NCBI GenBank assembly: GCA_964016885.1
Contig: OZ024766.1
Span: 15,128,001-15,192,000, forward strand
DNA from: Eledone cirrhosa
Taxonomy: Eukaryota
DNA length: 64,000 nt
Direction of reading: 5' to 3'
In this document: positions 57,051-64,000 of the stretch, one piece after another
How positions within the stretch are numbered: position 1 is the stretch's first letter
How the letters are laid out: the number at the start of each line of letters is the position of its first letter
Notes under the pieces: model-generated
Told to the model about the DNA's origin: nothing
The model's database searches: none
The model's input: the letters and a program-made list of their open reading frames with translations, nothing else
Program-made: the position numbers and the translations under genes

Positions 57051-58461
57051 TATACATATATATATATACACATATATATACATATATATATATATACACA
57101 TATATATATACATATATACTGAAGTAAAAGTTAAGTGGAAATATCCAAGAGTAAGAGCACTCAGTCCATAGGACGAGTTTAGTATAAATAATTACAACAG
57201 TGACATAAACAGGTACTCAAGTTTGAATGGGTTCTGGGCCCCAATTTCTTCAGCCTGTCATGAGATGTTTTCCATTTTCCTCATGACAGGCTGAAGAAAT
57301 TTGGGGCCGAGAACCCAACGAAACTTGAGTACCTGTTTATGTCACTGTTGTAATTATTTATATCTATATACATATATATATATATATATATATTCAAAAT
57401 TAATTAAATTAAATTAAATTAGATTAAGGGAGTCATGTCCAAGACATGCGCCATATCCACCGTAGAATAAGCTCAAAGATTTCAATGAATAGATCCGAGC
57501 ATTTTATATCAACTAGAAATAGATTGACATATATATATATTTAAAATAAACACATGAAACAATGACAGGGTATAATTTGTAAAGTGTGTAATCACACATA
57601 GCTAGGTAGGTAACTAATTAAAGTTTAACTAGAGCTTCAAATATTTCCTTTTTAAAAAATTAATCATTTTTTAATTATTTTTTAAAAAGGTAATATTTGA
57701 AGCTCTAGTTAAACTTTAATTAGTTACCTACCTAGCTATGTGTGATTACACACTTTACAAATTATGCCCTGTCATTGTTTCATGTGTTTATTTTAAATAT
57801 ATATCTATGTCAATCTATTTCTAGTTGATATATATATATATATCCAGGGAGTGTAACATGAAGTTACTGTAGGTTCACCCAGGTGAGCACTCAATCTTTA
57901 GATTCTCGTCCATCATTACAACAGCAGAGGTCTGACGACCTTTTGATTCCTCAGTCTGGCTAGATCAATACTGATCAAACTTTGAGCTGAGCAATAGCAA
58001 AACGTGCATCACCAATCAATAAATGTAATGAAGGCTTAACAAATCGTCATTGTATTATTATTATTATACACACACACACACATATATATGTATATATAAA
58101 TATATATATATATATTTATATATATATCACAGAAAAAAAGATAGGAAAATCTGCTTCATAGAATCAAAACGTATCTGAGGACCTTGCGATTTTCAGAGTC
58201 AGGTTTGATCATCACATCGATCGTGCCTCGAGCTGGTCGCCAGAGAAACAATTGTAATATGTCCAATAAATTCCATTCGTCGCAACACTGATTCCCTTCT
58301 TTTCTGTGACATCATACTCTGCTCTATGAGAGCATTGAGTGCTCAAATGGCCTACCTCATACGGACACTTTAAGCATCCAACACCAATTATATATATATA
58401 TATACACACACACATATATATACACACCCACACACATATATATATATATACACATATGTAT

Positions 58462-58504
<43 letters not shown>

Positions 58505-58518
58505 TATATATACACACC

Positions 58519-58550
<32 letters not shown>

Positions 58551-60024
58551 CATATGTATACACATATATATATATATATATGTACACACCTCATCATCAT
58601 CAGGTCGAGCTTGCTCGGCTTTCTACGACACGTTTCCTCCATCCATCTCTGTCTCTCATAGCGTTTGCCAGTTCTTCCGCAGTGCATCCAGTATCATCCT
58701 CAAGTTGCTTGACGTATAACAACACATCACCTGCTATTTCTTCCTTGCTGCGCCAACAGTGGCCAGCAAATCTGAGTCTCTGTCCACGTATTGACCTCCT
58801 GATAGGTGGTATATTGCCATAGAGATCCTTATTTGTTGGGTGTTCCCTCGAAGACACATTTAAAGCAGCGTGGAGCATACGTGTGTATGCCCCGTCTAGC
58901 TTTTTCTCCAGTTTTGACGTTAGCGTCCAAGTGATAGAGCCATAAACAAACACAGACTCCACAGCAGCTCTGAAGAAATTCCTTTTCAGTTTGACCGGCA
59001 GGTTTGATTTCTATATCTTCTCCATTGCATTCAATGCTCCCCAGGCTTTTCCCAGTCTGTTGTTAACATCATGTTCTGTGGAGGCGATATAGCTACCCAG
59101 GTATTTGAAGTCGTCAACTTGCTTGATTATATCGCCGTTTAGACTTCGCATACCAACTGAGGAGTCTTGGTTCAGGCAAATATATTCTGTTTTGCCTGTG
59201 TTGACATAGAGTCGGATTTCCTTTGCAACTGATTCGATGCTGTGAAGTAGTGATGTTGCATCCTTAAGGTAGTCAGCGAGGACCGCTAAATCATCCGCAT
59301 AGTCAGCATCGGTGATTTTCTGAGCTGCATGGCGTCTACACTTTCACTTTGTGAGAGTGAAACCAAGCTCTAAGTTTTCGTCCAGGGCTTTTCTCAATAC
59401 ATAGTCGAGGCAGATGATAAAAAATGTATGGTGCAAGAGTATCCCCTTGGAGTACTCCTGCAATGATGTCAAAGAAGTTGGTATCTCCATCAGGTGAGCG
59501 CACCATTGCGCAGGTGTTTTTATATAACATCATGATGGCATTTACTGTTTCCGTTGGCAAGCCGTAGGCTAGAAGTATCTCTCTCATCCTCCCACGATGG
59601 ATGGAATCGAATGCTTTTGAAAAGTCAATAAACAGGAGAGTTGCTGGGAGGTTTGGGCTTTTACACCTTCCAAGATACGCCGAATAGTAAGTATTTGCCC
59701 TGATGTTGATCTGTTGGTGCGGAAGCCCTTTTGGTTTTTTCTCAGCAAGGGGTCAATGACAGATCTTATTCTGTCAAACAGCATGAGATTGTATATCTTT
59801 GCGTGTGTGTATATATATACACACACACACACATATATATGTATACACACACACACATATATACTGTAATATACATCATAATATACATACCATGGTGACA
59901 GTCAGGTCCCTGGTAACTGGGTTGACAACCTCCACTGGAACACACACCTGTGATGAAGTTGTGGTGACATCAGCACAGTGGCAGGTTTCTTTACAGTTGA
60001 GGCCGTAGTTACCTTGACGACACT
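4501..60024 (-). CDS. Partial multi-exon gene encoding tandem 8-Cys EGF-like repeats (MEGF10/11-SCARF-like receptor or EGF-repeat receptor PTP ectodomain); both ends outside the window
   Basis: 22 homologous modules with the pattern C-x2-G-x-FG-x2-C-x3-C-x-C-x5-C-x4-G-x-C-x4-C-x2-G-[YF]-x-G-x2-C. 17 are exactly 138 bp, AG..GT bounded and phase 1-1. No signal peptide, TM or catalytic exon was seen, so the family assignment is inferred. Confidence 0.85.
4790..5120 (+). mobile_element. RTE LINE 3' fragment
   Basis: [22 protein letters not shown]...RGRP-like segment followed by a (GAT)n tail. Confidence 0.8.
5120..5600 (-). mobile_element. CR1/L2-type LINE 3'-end fragments with internal duplication
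   Basis: [20 protein letters not shown] motif, AAT-repeat tail; homologous copies at 11620-11890, 29675-29810, 30795-30980, 42760-43225. Confidence 0.75.
6160..7060. repeat. 61-bp AT-rich minisatellite, about 15 copies, abutting the donor of exon 7066
   Basis: Unit aataatatagttatactagttagtagtaaaagtaaaagagtaataaacctatgtagtcatt. Confidence 0.9.
7066..7203 (-). CDS. EGF-like repeat exon ([45 protein letters not shown])
   Basis: 138 bp, CAG acceptor, GTTGGT donor, 8 Cys; not in the ORF track. Confidence 0.9.
7438..9920 (+). mobile_element. 5'-truncated RTE-clade LINE (RT plus Cys-rich finger, 3' UTR, (GAT)n tail), inserted into a piggyBac-like MITE
   Basis: [40 protein letters not shown]; stop at 7898-7900 and frameshift near 8335; MITE sequence resumes at 9921 with ACTC repeated on both sides. 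Confidence 0.93.
10370..11050. repeat. Degenerate 20-bp minisatellite
   Basis: Unit about cagaggcacactgggaacat. Confidence 0.85.
11097..11234 (-). CDS. EGF-like repeat exon ([46 protein letters not shown])
   Basis: 138 bp, CAG acceptor, GTTAGT donor, 8 Cys. Confidence 0.9.
11290..12359. mobile_element. Non-autonomous Tc1/mariner element with nested SINE and CR1 fragments
   Basis: About 30-bp TIRs cagggtgcagcataaatactgttacaaaat / attttgtaacagtatttatgccgtactatg, TA on both sides, decayed KPRSGRP transposase-like remnant near 12045. Confidence 0.75.
12460..12752. mobile_element. hAT (Charlie-like) MITE
   Basis: TIRs caggcatgggcaacct / aggttacccatgactg; degenerate 8-bp TSD cattaacc/ccttaatc. 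Confidence 0.65.
14220..14357 (-). CDS. EGF-like repeat exon ([46 protein letters not shown])
   Basis: 138 bp, AAG acceptor, GTGAGT donor. Confidence 0.9.
14643..14780 (-). CDS. EGF-like repeat exon ([46 protein letters not shown])
   Basis: 138 bp, TTTCAG acceptor, GTGAGT donor. Confidence 0.9.
15427..15655. mobile_element. piggyBac-like MITE (TTAACCCTTT...AAAGGGTTAA family)
   Basis: TTAA-flanked CCCTTT/AAAGGG TIRs; other copies at 7242-7410, 7413-7437 plus 9921-10125, 24520-24748, 29301-29435, 29613-29941, 31338-31568. Confidence 0.7.
16372..16509 (-). CDS. EGF-like repeat exon ([46 protein letters not shown])
   Basis: 138 bp, CAG acceptor, GTGAGT donor. Confidence 0.9.
16550..17370. repeat. 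16-bp minisatellite, about 50 copies
   Basis: Unit gatgtgaaatgta(a/g)ga. Confidence 0.9.
17723..17860 (-). CDS. EGF-like repeat exon with two non-consensus Gly substitutions ([46 protein letters not shown])
   Basis: 138 bp, TAG acceptor, GTAAGT donor, open frame; conserved G->W and G->R. Confidence 0.75.
   Translation of the reverse strand, partial: FVNMEGLVPSAAVYVIVQTTASVPQYHGPVQVGVVLLDMRVTIVS
17935..18042. repeat. About 108-bp near-perfect palindrome
   Basis: aaacaacataagacaattattccatttaccaaagg... / ...cctttggtaaatggaataattgtcttatgttgttt, centre GAGCTC. Confidence 0.9.
19382..19573 (+). mobile_element. Short tRNA-derived SINE (about 190 bp)
   Basis: TGGCAGTATCGG A-box and GAGTTCAAATCCC B-box; copies at 5983-6162, 11360-11540, 13340-13495, 14826-15020, 23610-23745, 29435-29575, 30585-30778, 50977-51162. 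Confidence 0.8.
19740..19960 (-). repeat. Three 57-bp tandem copies of the EGF exon 3' half, plus 17-bp repeats
   Basis: Reads in frame ...[42 protein letters not shown]; no proper acceptor. Confidence 0.8.
20015..20152 (-). CDS. EGF-like repeat exon lacking Cys6 ([46 protein letters not shown])
   Basis: 138 bp, TAG acceptor, GTAAGT donor; 7 Cys (C->Y). Confidence 0.75.
20222..20970. repeat. 51-bp minisatellite, about 14 copies, alternating variants
   Basis: Unit actattgtaactagtactctactaactaccacta(catc/tacc)attcactatacta; related sequence resumes at 23146-23220. Confidence 0.9.
20975..23145 (-). mobile_element. tRNA-SINE whose 45-bp core segment is tandemly amplified about 42x
   Basis: Head at 23075-23145, 45-bp array at 21181-23070, 3' body at 20975-21180; interrupts the 51-bp array. 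Confidence 0.8.
21181..23070. repeat. 45-bp SINE-derived minisatellite, about 42 nearly identical copies
   Basis: Unit gtggactggagcaacatgaaataaagtgtcttgctcaaggacaca. Confidence 0.95.
23235..23610. repeat. 13-bp AT-rich minisatellite
   Basis: Unit ttgactaattata. Confidence 0.9.
23790..24005. repeat. 33-bp SINE-derived tandem, about 6 copies
   Basis: Unit gggttgataaagtaaagtaccagtaacgtactg. Confidence 0.85.
24048..24185 (-). CDS. EGF-like repeat exon ([46 protein letters not shown])
   Basis: 138 bp, TAG acceptor, GTTAGT donor. Confidence 0.88.
24213..24941. mobile_element. hAT (Charlie-like) MITE with nested piggyBac-like MITE (24520-24748)
   Basis: TIRs cagggattggcaact / agtagccaacccctg with gggccg subterminal motifs; ends 25 bp from the acceptor of exon 24048-24185. 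Confidence 0.65.
25061..26090 (-). repeat. 60-bp minisatellite derived from RTE ORF sequence, about 17 copies
   Basis: Translates [20 protein letters not shown], compared with [20 protein letters not shown] in the RTE near 9170-9230. Confidence 0.85.
26176..26313 (-). CDS. EGF-like repeat exon ([46 protein letters not shown])
   Basis: 138 bp, TTTTCAG acceptor, GTAAGT donor. Confidence 0.88.
26698..26834 (-). pseudogene. Frameshifted EGF pseudo-exon (137 bp)
   Basis: Splice sites intact; 1-bp deletion (+ strand gttgggccaaa vs consensus gttgggtccaaa). Confidence 0.75.
27087..27206 (-). pseudogene. Degenerate EGF exon (120 bp) with compensating -1 and -17 deletions
   Basis: AG/GT intact; reads [40 protein letters not shown], net in frame, 4 Cys lost. 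Confidence 0.7.
27929..28720 (-). repeat. EGF-exon-derived 38-bp array (about 16 copies) plus three 56-bp units, ending at an orphan GTAAGT donor
   Basis: Unit acacctgtctgacagttgctaccttcataaccagcacc; donor at 27927-27928 with the standard intronic flank. Confidence 0.9.
30283..30420 (-). CDS. EGF-like repeat exon ([46 protein letters not shown])
   Basis: 138 bp, TAG acceptor, GTAAGT donor. Confidence 0.9.
31791..42280 (-). repeat. 54-bp EGF-exon-derived satellite, about 194 copies, with higher-order repeats
   Basis: Unit acacacctgtctgacaggtgctaccttataaccaggaccacaccatctactgta aligns to the last 57 nt of the exon module. Confidence 0.95.
42357..42494 (-). CDS. EGF-like repeat exon ([46 protein letters not shown])
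   Basis: 138 bp, CAG acceptor, GTAAGC donor. Confidence 0.85.
42760..43225 (+). mobile_element. CR1-type LINE 3' end with a 3x local tandem duplication
   Basis: [33 protein letters not shown]; about 60-bp unit repeated at 42858-43040. Confidence 0.8.
43898..44035 (-). CDS. EGF-like repeat exon ([46 protein letters not shown])
   Basis: 138 bp, CAG acceptor, GTAAGT donor. Confidence 0.87.
44097..44336. mobile_element. Second, degenerate piggyBac-like MITE whose right terminus matches the 48-bp satellite
   Basis: ttaacctttttgatatc ... ggtaatgaaaggattaa termini. Confidence 0.5.
44330..45947. repeat. 48-bp minisatellite blocks (44330-44725, 45085-45947)
   Basis: Unit gacatagacagtgtctttcattagaaatatggtaatgaaagggttaat. 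Confidence 0.9.
45964..46101 (-). CDS. EGF-like repeat exon ([46 protein letters not shown])
   Basis: 138 bp, TTTCCAG acceptor, weaker GTATAT donor. Confidence 0.8.
46210..48010. mobile_element. Non-autonomous hAT element carrying an internal 31-bp tandem array
   Basis: Perfect 8-bp TSD ATCTATAC (46202-46209, 48011-48018); termini cagaggtc.../...gaccccta; gggccagatgtggcc subterminal repeats. Confidence 0.85.
46236..47360. repeat. 31-bp minisatellite inside the hAT element, about 36 copies
   Basis: Unit gcaggccacatagctatg(g/c)agtgtct(tgt/cac)ca. Confidence 0.9.
48375..51335. repeat. 48-bp minisatellite, third block (about 57 copies), interrupted by a SINE at 50977-51162
   Basis: Same unit as 44330-45947. 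Confidence 0.92.
51598..51735 (-). CDS. EGF-like repeat exon ([46 protein letters not shown])
   Basis: 138 bp, CAG acceptor, GTAAGT donor. Confidence 0.87.
52470..52624 (-). pseudogene. Frameshifted EGF pseudo-exon (155 bp = 138+17)
   Basis: TTTTCAG acceptor, starts [26 protein letters not shown], then a 17-bp internal duplication; diverged 3' half, GTGTGT donor. Confidence 0.7.
52788..52924 (-). pseudogene. Frameshifted EGF exon (137 bp); possible homopolymer sequencing error
   Basis: Splice sites intact; one T missing from a T4 run (cctgtttacag vs cctgttttacag in exon 53640). Confidence 0.65.
53640..53777 (-). CDS. EGF-like repeat exon ([46 protein letters not shown])
   Basis: 138 bp, TTTTCAG acceptor, GTAAGT donor. 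Confidence 0.88.
54611..55181 (-). repeat. 570-bp direct repeat copy 1 (Penelope pLTR/retrozyme-like), carries a hammerhead
   Basis: Near-identical to 55918-56486; (TA)n flank. Confidence 0.85.
54794..54917 (-). ncRNA. Type I hammerhead ribozyme with long branched stem II
   Basis: Minus strand UCCA-CUGAUGA-G...UUAUAAGA[branches]UCUUAUAA-U-GAAA-CGGCCG-UC/UGGA: intact core, stem I UCCA/UGGA, palindromic stem III ACGGCCGU, GUC cleavage triplet. Confidence 0.75.
55380..55863 (+). mobile_element. RTE 3'-end-derived element with (GAT)n tail, lying between the two 570-bp repeats
   Basis: Matches the RTE end at 9540-9920 (gaccgagatctttgg; ggttggtgttaggaagggcatccagc); related pieces at 18120-18455, 51810-52260, 56570-56730. 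Confidence 0.75.
55918..56486 (-). repeat. 570-bp direct repeat copy 2, carries a hammerhead
   Basis: Near-identical to 54611-55181; (TA)n flank. Confidence 0.85.
56101..56224 (-). ncRNA. Type I hammerhead ribozyme with long branched stem II (second copy)
   Basis: Same architecture as 54794-54917; base before GAAA is G. Confidence 0.7.
56767..56904 (-). CDS. EGF-like repeat exon ([46 protein letters not shown])
   Basis: 138 bp, TAG acceptor, GTAAGT donor. Confidence 0.88.
57183..57362. repeat. About 82-bp-arm fold-back with a 15-nt loop
   Basis: Arms 57183-57264 and 57280-57362. Confidence 0.9.
57286..57336 (+). ncRNA. Minimal type I hammerhead ribozyme within a fold-back repeat
   Basis: ACAGG-CUGAAGA-..UUGGG(gccgagaa)CCCAA-C-GAAA-CUUGAG-UA/CCUGU: 5-bp stem I, GUA triplet; the inverted copy in the left arm has GAAA->CAAA. 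Confidence 0.7.
57505..57832. repeat. About 330-bp near-perfect palindrome
   Basis: About 160-bp arms, centre near 57665-57672. Confidence 0.9.
58169..58262 (+). ncRNA. Type I hammerhead-like motif with extended stem II
   Basis: ACGUAU-CUGAGGA-[about 63 nt, cuugcgau/ggucgccag base]-GAAA-CAAUUG-UA/AUAUGU: 6-bp stem I, palindromic stem III ACAAUUGU, AAUAAA just downstream. Confidence 0.6.
58589..59800 (-). mobile_element. 5'-truncated decayed RTE-type LINE (third family) within a (CA/TA)n tract
   Basis: [23 protein letters not shown] near 59291-59301, [14 protein letters not shown], (GAT)n tail near 58590; several frameshifts. Confidence 0.9.
59891..60024 (-). pseudogene. Frameshifted EGF exon (134 bp; 4-bp deletion removing Cys5)
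   Basis: [21 protein letters not shown] / [23 protein letters not shown] lie in different frames; weak GAG acceptor, GTATGT donor. Confidence 0.7.
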
Positions 60025-60049
60025 CTCAAATATTGGACATTATGTACCA

Positions 60050-60131
60050 ACATTACCACCACCACCACCACACCATCACCATCATCACCATTGTCCTCCT
60101 CACAACCACCACCAACATCACCAGCACCACC

Positions 60132-60162
<31 letters not shown>

Positions 60163-60925
60163 CCACCACCATCACCACCCCCATCGCCACCACCATCACC
60201 ACCACCATCACCAACACCACCACCACCACCACCACCATCACCACCACCATCACCACTACCACCACCGCCACCACCACCGCCACCGCTACCACCACCATCA
60301 CCACCACCACCACCGCCACCACCGCCATCACCAACACCACCACCACTACCGCCACCACCACCACCACCAACACAACCACCACCGCCACCACCACCGCCAC
60401 CACCACCACCACCACCACCATCACCAACACAACCACCACCGCCACCACCGCCACCACCACCACCACCACCACCACCGCCACCACTGCCACCGCCACCACC
60501 ACCACCGCCGTCACCACCACCACCACCACCACCACCACCACCATCATCACCACCATCACCACCACCACCACCATCACCACCACCACCACCACCACCATCA
60601 CCAACACCACCACCGCCATCACCAACACCACCACCACCACCACCACCACCACCACCACCACCACCACCACCACCACCACCACCGCCGCCATCACCAACAC
60701 CACCACCACCACCGCCATCACCAACACCACCACCACCACCACCGCCACCACCACCAACACCATCATCACCATCATCACCATCACCACCACCACCGCCACC
60801 ATCACCACCACCGCCACCACCACCACCACCATCATCATCACCACCATCACCACCACCACCACCATCATCATCACCACCACCACCACCACCACCACCACCA
60901 CCACCACCATCATCATCACCACCAT
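60050..60925. repeat. Imperfect (CAC)n trinucleotide tract
   Basis: About 875 bp of cac/cat/cgc/caa triplets. Confidence 0.95.
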
Positions 60926-63900
60926 CTGGGAGATCAAAAATACTGTTGTGGTCCCATTCCATTACTTCACCAATCTTGTAGACCCTAAATATTGTAATGG
61001 TCACTGTCCCTTCTCTTCCACCAATCTGGGAGTCACTAAATACTGTCATGGTTCCTGTTCCTCCTTCCAGTAATCTTGGAGACCCTAAATACTGTTGTAG
61101 TACCTTCCCATTCCTTCCACTAATTTTGGAGACCCTAAATATTGCAATGGGTACTGTCCCTTCCTTCCTTTCCATCAATCTAGGGGACCCTAAATACTGT
61201 TCTGGTCCCTGTCTCTTCTCTTCCACCAATCAGTGAGTCCCTTAATACTGCCGTGGTCCCTGTCTCTTCTCTTCCACCAATCAGTGAGTCCCTTAATACT
61301 GTTGTGGTCCCTGTCTCTTCTCTTCCACCAATCAGTGAGTCCCTTAATACTGTTGTGGTCCCTGTCTCTTCTCTTCCACCAATCAGTGAGTCCCTAAATA
61401 CTGTTGTGGTCCCTGTCTCTTCTCTTCCACCAATCAGTGAGTCCCTTAATACTGTTGTGGTCCCTGTCTCTTCTCTTCCACCAATCAGTGAGTCCCTAAA
61501 TACTATCATGGTCCCTGTCTCTTCTCTTCCACTAATCAGTGAGTCCCTTAATACTGTTGTGGTCCCTGTCTCTTCTCTTCCACCAATCAGTGAGTCCCTA
61601 AATACTATCATGGTCCCTGTCTCTTCTCTTCCACCAATCAGTGAGTCCCTTAATACTGTTGTGGTGCCTGTCTCTTCTCTTCCACCAATCAGTGAGTCCC
61701 TTAATACTGCCGTGGTCCCTGTCTCTTCTCTTCCACCAATCAGTGAGTCCCTTAATACTGTTGTGGTCCCTGTCTCTTCTCTTCCACCAATCAGTGAGTC
61801 CCTTAATACTGTTGTGGTCCCTGTCTCTTCTCTTCCACCAATCAGTGAGTCGCTAAATACTGTTGTGGTCCCTGTCTCTTCTCTTCCACTAATCAGTGAG
61901 TCCCTTAATACTGTTGTGGTCCCTGTCTCTTCTCTTCCACCAATCAGTGAGTCCCTAAATACTATCATGGTCCCTGTCTCTTCTCTTCCACCAATCAGTG
62001 AGTCCCTTAATACTGTTGTGGTCCCTGTCTCTTCTCTTCCACCAATCAGTGAGTCCCTTAATACTGTCGTGGTCCCTGTCTCTTCTCTTCCACCAATCAG
62101 TGAGTCCCTTAATACTGTTGTGGTCCCTGTCTCTTCTCTTCCACCAATCAGTAAGTCCCTTAATACTGTTGTGGTGCCTGTCTCTTCTCTTCCACCAATC
62201 ACTGAGTCCCTTAATACTGTTGTGGTCCCTGTCTCTTCTCTTCCACCAATCAGTGAGTCCCTTAATACTGTCATGGTCCCTGTCTCTTCTCTTCCACCAA
62301 TCAGTGAGTCCCTTAATACTGTCGTGGTCCCTGTCTCTTCTCTTCCACCAATCAGTGAGTCCCTTAATACTGTTGTGGTCCCTGTCTCTTCTCTTCCACC
62401 AATCAGTGAGTCCCTTAATATTGTCATGGTCCCTGTCTCTTCTCTTCCACCAATCAGTGAGTTCCTTAATACTGTTGTGGTCCCTGTGTCTTCTCTTCCA
62501 CCAATCAGTGAGTCCCATAATACTGTCGTGGTCCCTGTCTCTTCTCTTCCACCAATCAGTGAGTCCCTTAATACTGTTGTGGTCCCTGTCTCTTCTCTTC
62601 CACCAATCAGTGAGTCCCTTAATACTGTCGTGGTCCCTGTCTCTATCTTCCACCAATCAGTGAGTCCCTAAATACTGTTGTGGTCCCTGTCGCTTCTCTT
62701 CCACCAATCAGTGAGTCTCTTAATACTGTCGTGGTCCCTGTCTCTATCTTCCACCAATCAGTGAGTCCCTAAATACTGTTGTGGTCCCTGTCTCTTCTCT
62801 TCCACCAATCAGTGAGTCCCTTAATACTGTTGTGGTCCCTGTCTCTATCTTCCACCAATCAGTGAGTCCCTAAATACTGTTGTGGTCCCTGTCTCTTCTC
62901 TTCCACCAATCAGTGAGTCCCTAAATACTGTTGTGGTCCCTGTCTCTTCTCTTCCACCAATCAGTGAGTCCCTTAATACTGTCGTGGTCCCTGTCTCTTC
63001 TCTTCCACCAATCAGTGAGTCCCTAAATACTGTTGTGGTCCCTGTCTCTTCTCTTCCACCAATCAGTGAGTCCCTAAATACTGTTGTGGTCCCTGTCTCT
63101 TCTCTTCCACCAATCAGTGAGTCCCTTAATACTGTCGTGGTCCCTGTCTCTTCTCTTCCACCAATCAGTGAGTCTCTTAATACTGTTGTGGTCCCTGTCT
63201 CTTCTCTTCCACCAATCAGTGAGTCCCTAAATACTGTTGTGGTCCCTGTCTCTTCTCTTCCACCAATCAGTGAGTCCCTAAATACTATCATTGTCCCTGT
63301 CTCTTCTCTTCCACCAATCAGTGAGTCCCTTAATACTGTCGTTGTCCCTGTCTCTTCTCTTCCACCAATCAGTGAGTCTCTTAATACTGTTGTGGTCCCT
63401 GTCTCTTCTCTTCCACCAATCAGTGAGTCCCTAAATACTATCATTGTCCCTGTCTCTTCTCTTCCACCAATCAGTGAGTCCCTTAATACTGTCGTTGTCC
63501 CTGTCTCTTCTCTTCCACCAATCAGTGAGTCCCTAAATACTGTTGTGGTCCCTGTCTCTTCTCTTCCACCAATCAGTGAGTCCCTTAATACTGTCGTGGT
63601 CCCTGTCTCTATCTTCCACCAATCAGTGAGTCTCTTAATACTGTCGTGGTCCCTGTCTCTTCTCTTACACCAATCAGTGAGTCCCTAAACACTGTTGTGG
63701 TCCCTGTCTCTTCTCTTCCACCAATCAGTGAGTCCCTTAATACTGTTGTGGTCCCTGTCTCTTCTCTTCCACCAATCAGTGAGTCCCTAAATACTGTTGT
63801 GGTCCCTGTCTCTTCTCTTCCACCAATCAGTGAGTCCCTTAATACTGTTGTGGTCCCTGTCTCTTCTCTTCCACCAATCAGTGAGTCTCTTAATACTGTC

Positions 63901-64000
63901 GTGGTCCCTGTCTCTTCTCTTACACCAATCAGTGAGTCCCTAAATACTGTTGTGGTCCCTGTCTCGTCTCATCCACCAATCATTGAGTCCCTTAATACTG
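60920..64000. repeat. 51-bp minisatellite (more than 54 copies, runs off the window) with diverged edge units at 60920-61230
   Basis: Unit ccaatcagtgagtccct(t/a)aatactgttgtggtccctgtctcttctcttcca. Confidence 0.95.

Noticed and set aside
4501-60024. Assigning gene symbol MEGF10, MEGF11, SCARF1 or a PTPR name
   Set aside because: Only EGF-repeat exons are visible; the diagnostic EMI, TM or phosphatase exons are not in the window
59978-61229. Poly-His/Thr/Pro/Gly/Val ORFs, including a possible mucin stalk
   Set aside because: The (CAC)n tract is open in most frames by composition; the Thr-rich frame is antisense to the gene
61180-63688. Long repetitive ORFs on both strands
   Set aside because: 51-bp satellite with frameshifting units; open frames follow from a unit length divisible by 3

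Overview
AT-rich, repeat-dense animal DNA. The SINE, RTE and microsatellite landscape suggests a cephalopod (Octopus-like), which is an inference. The window lies inside one large minus-strand gene whose 5' and 3' ends are outside it. I read 22 copies of a symmetric phase-1/phase-1 exon module, each encoding one 8-Cys MEGF/laminin-type EGF-like repeat (MEGF10/SCARF-like receptor or EGF-repeat RPTP ectodomain). Seventeen copies are intact 138-bp AG..GT exons and five are disrupted (120, 134, 137, 137 and 155 bp). The introns hold decayed RTE LINEs, CR1 tails, tRNA-SINEs, hAT/Tc1/piggyBac-like MITEs and many tandem arrays. Most arrays trace to local sequence, including a 10.5-kb, 54-bp satellite with higher-order structure built from the 3' half of the EGF exon. 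The introns also contain several type I hammerhead-ribozyme motifs in Penelope-like pLTR/fold-back contexts. The clearest are two sense-strand copies 1,307 nt apart in the same intron, each with a long branched stem II and a palindromic stem III. Nearly all long ORFs in the supplied track are repeat artefacts. Coordinates were counted by hand and repeat edges are approximate.
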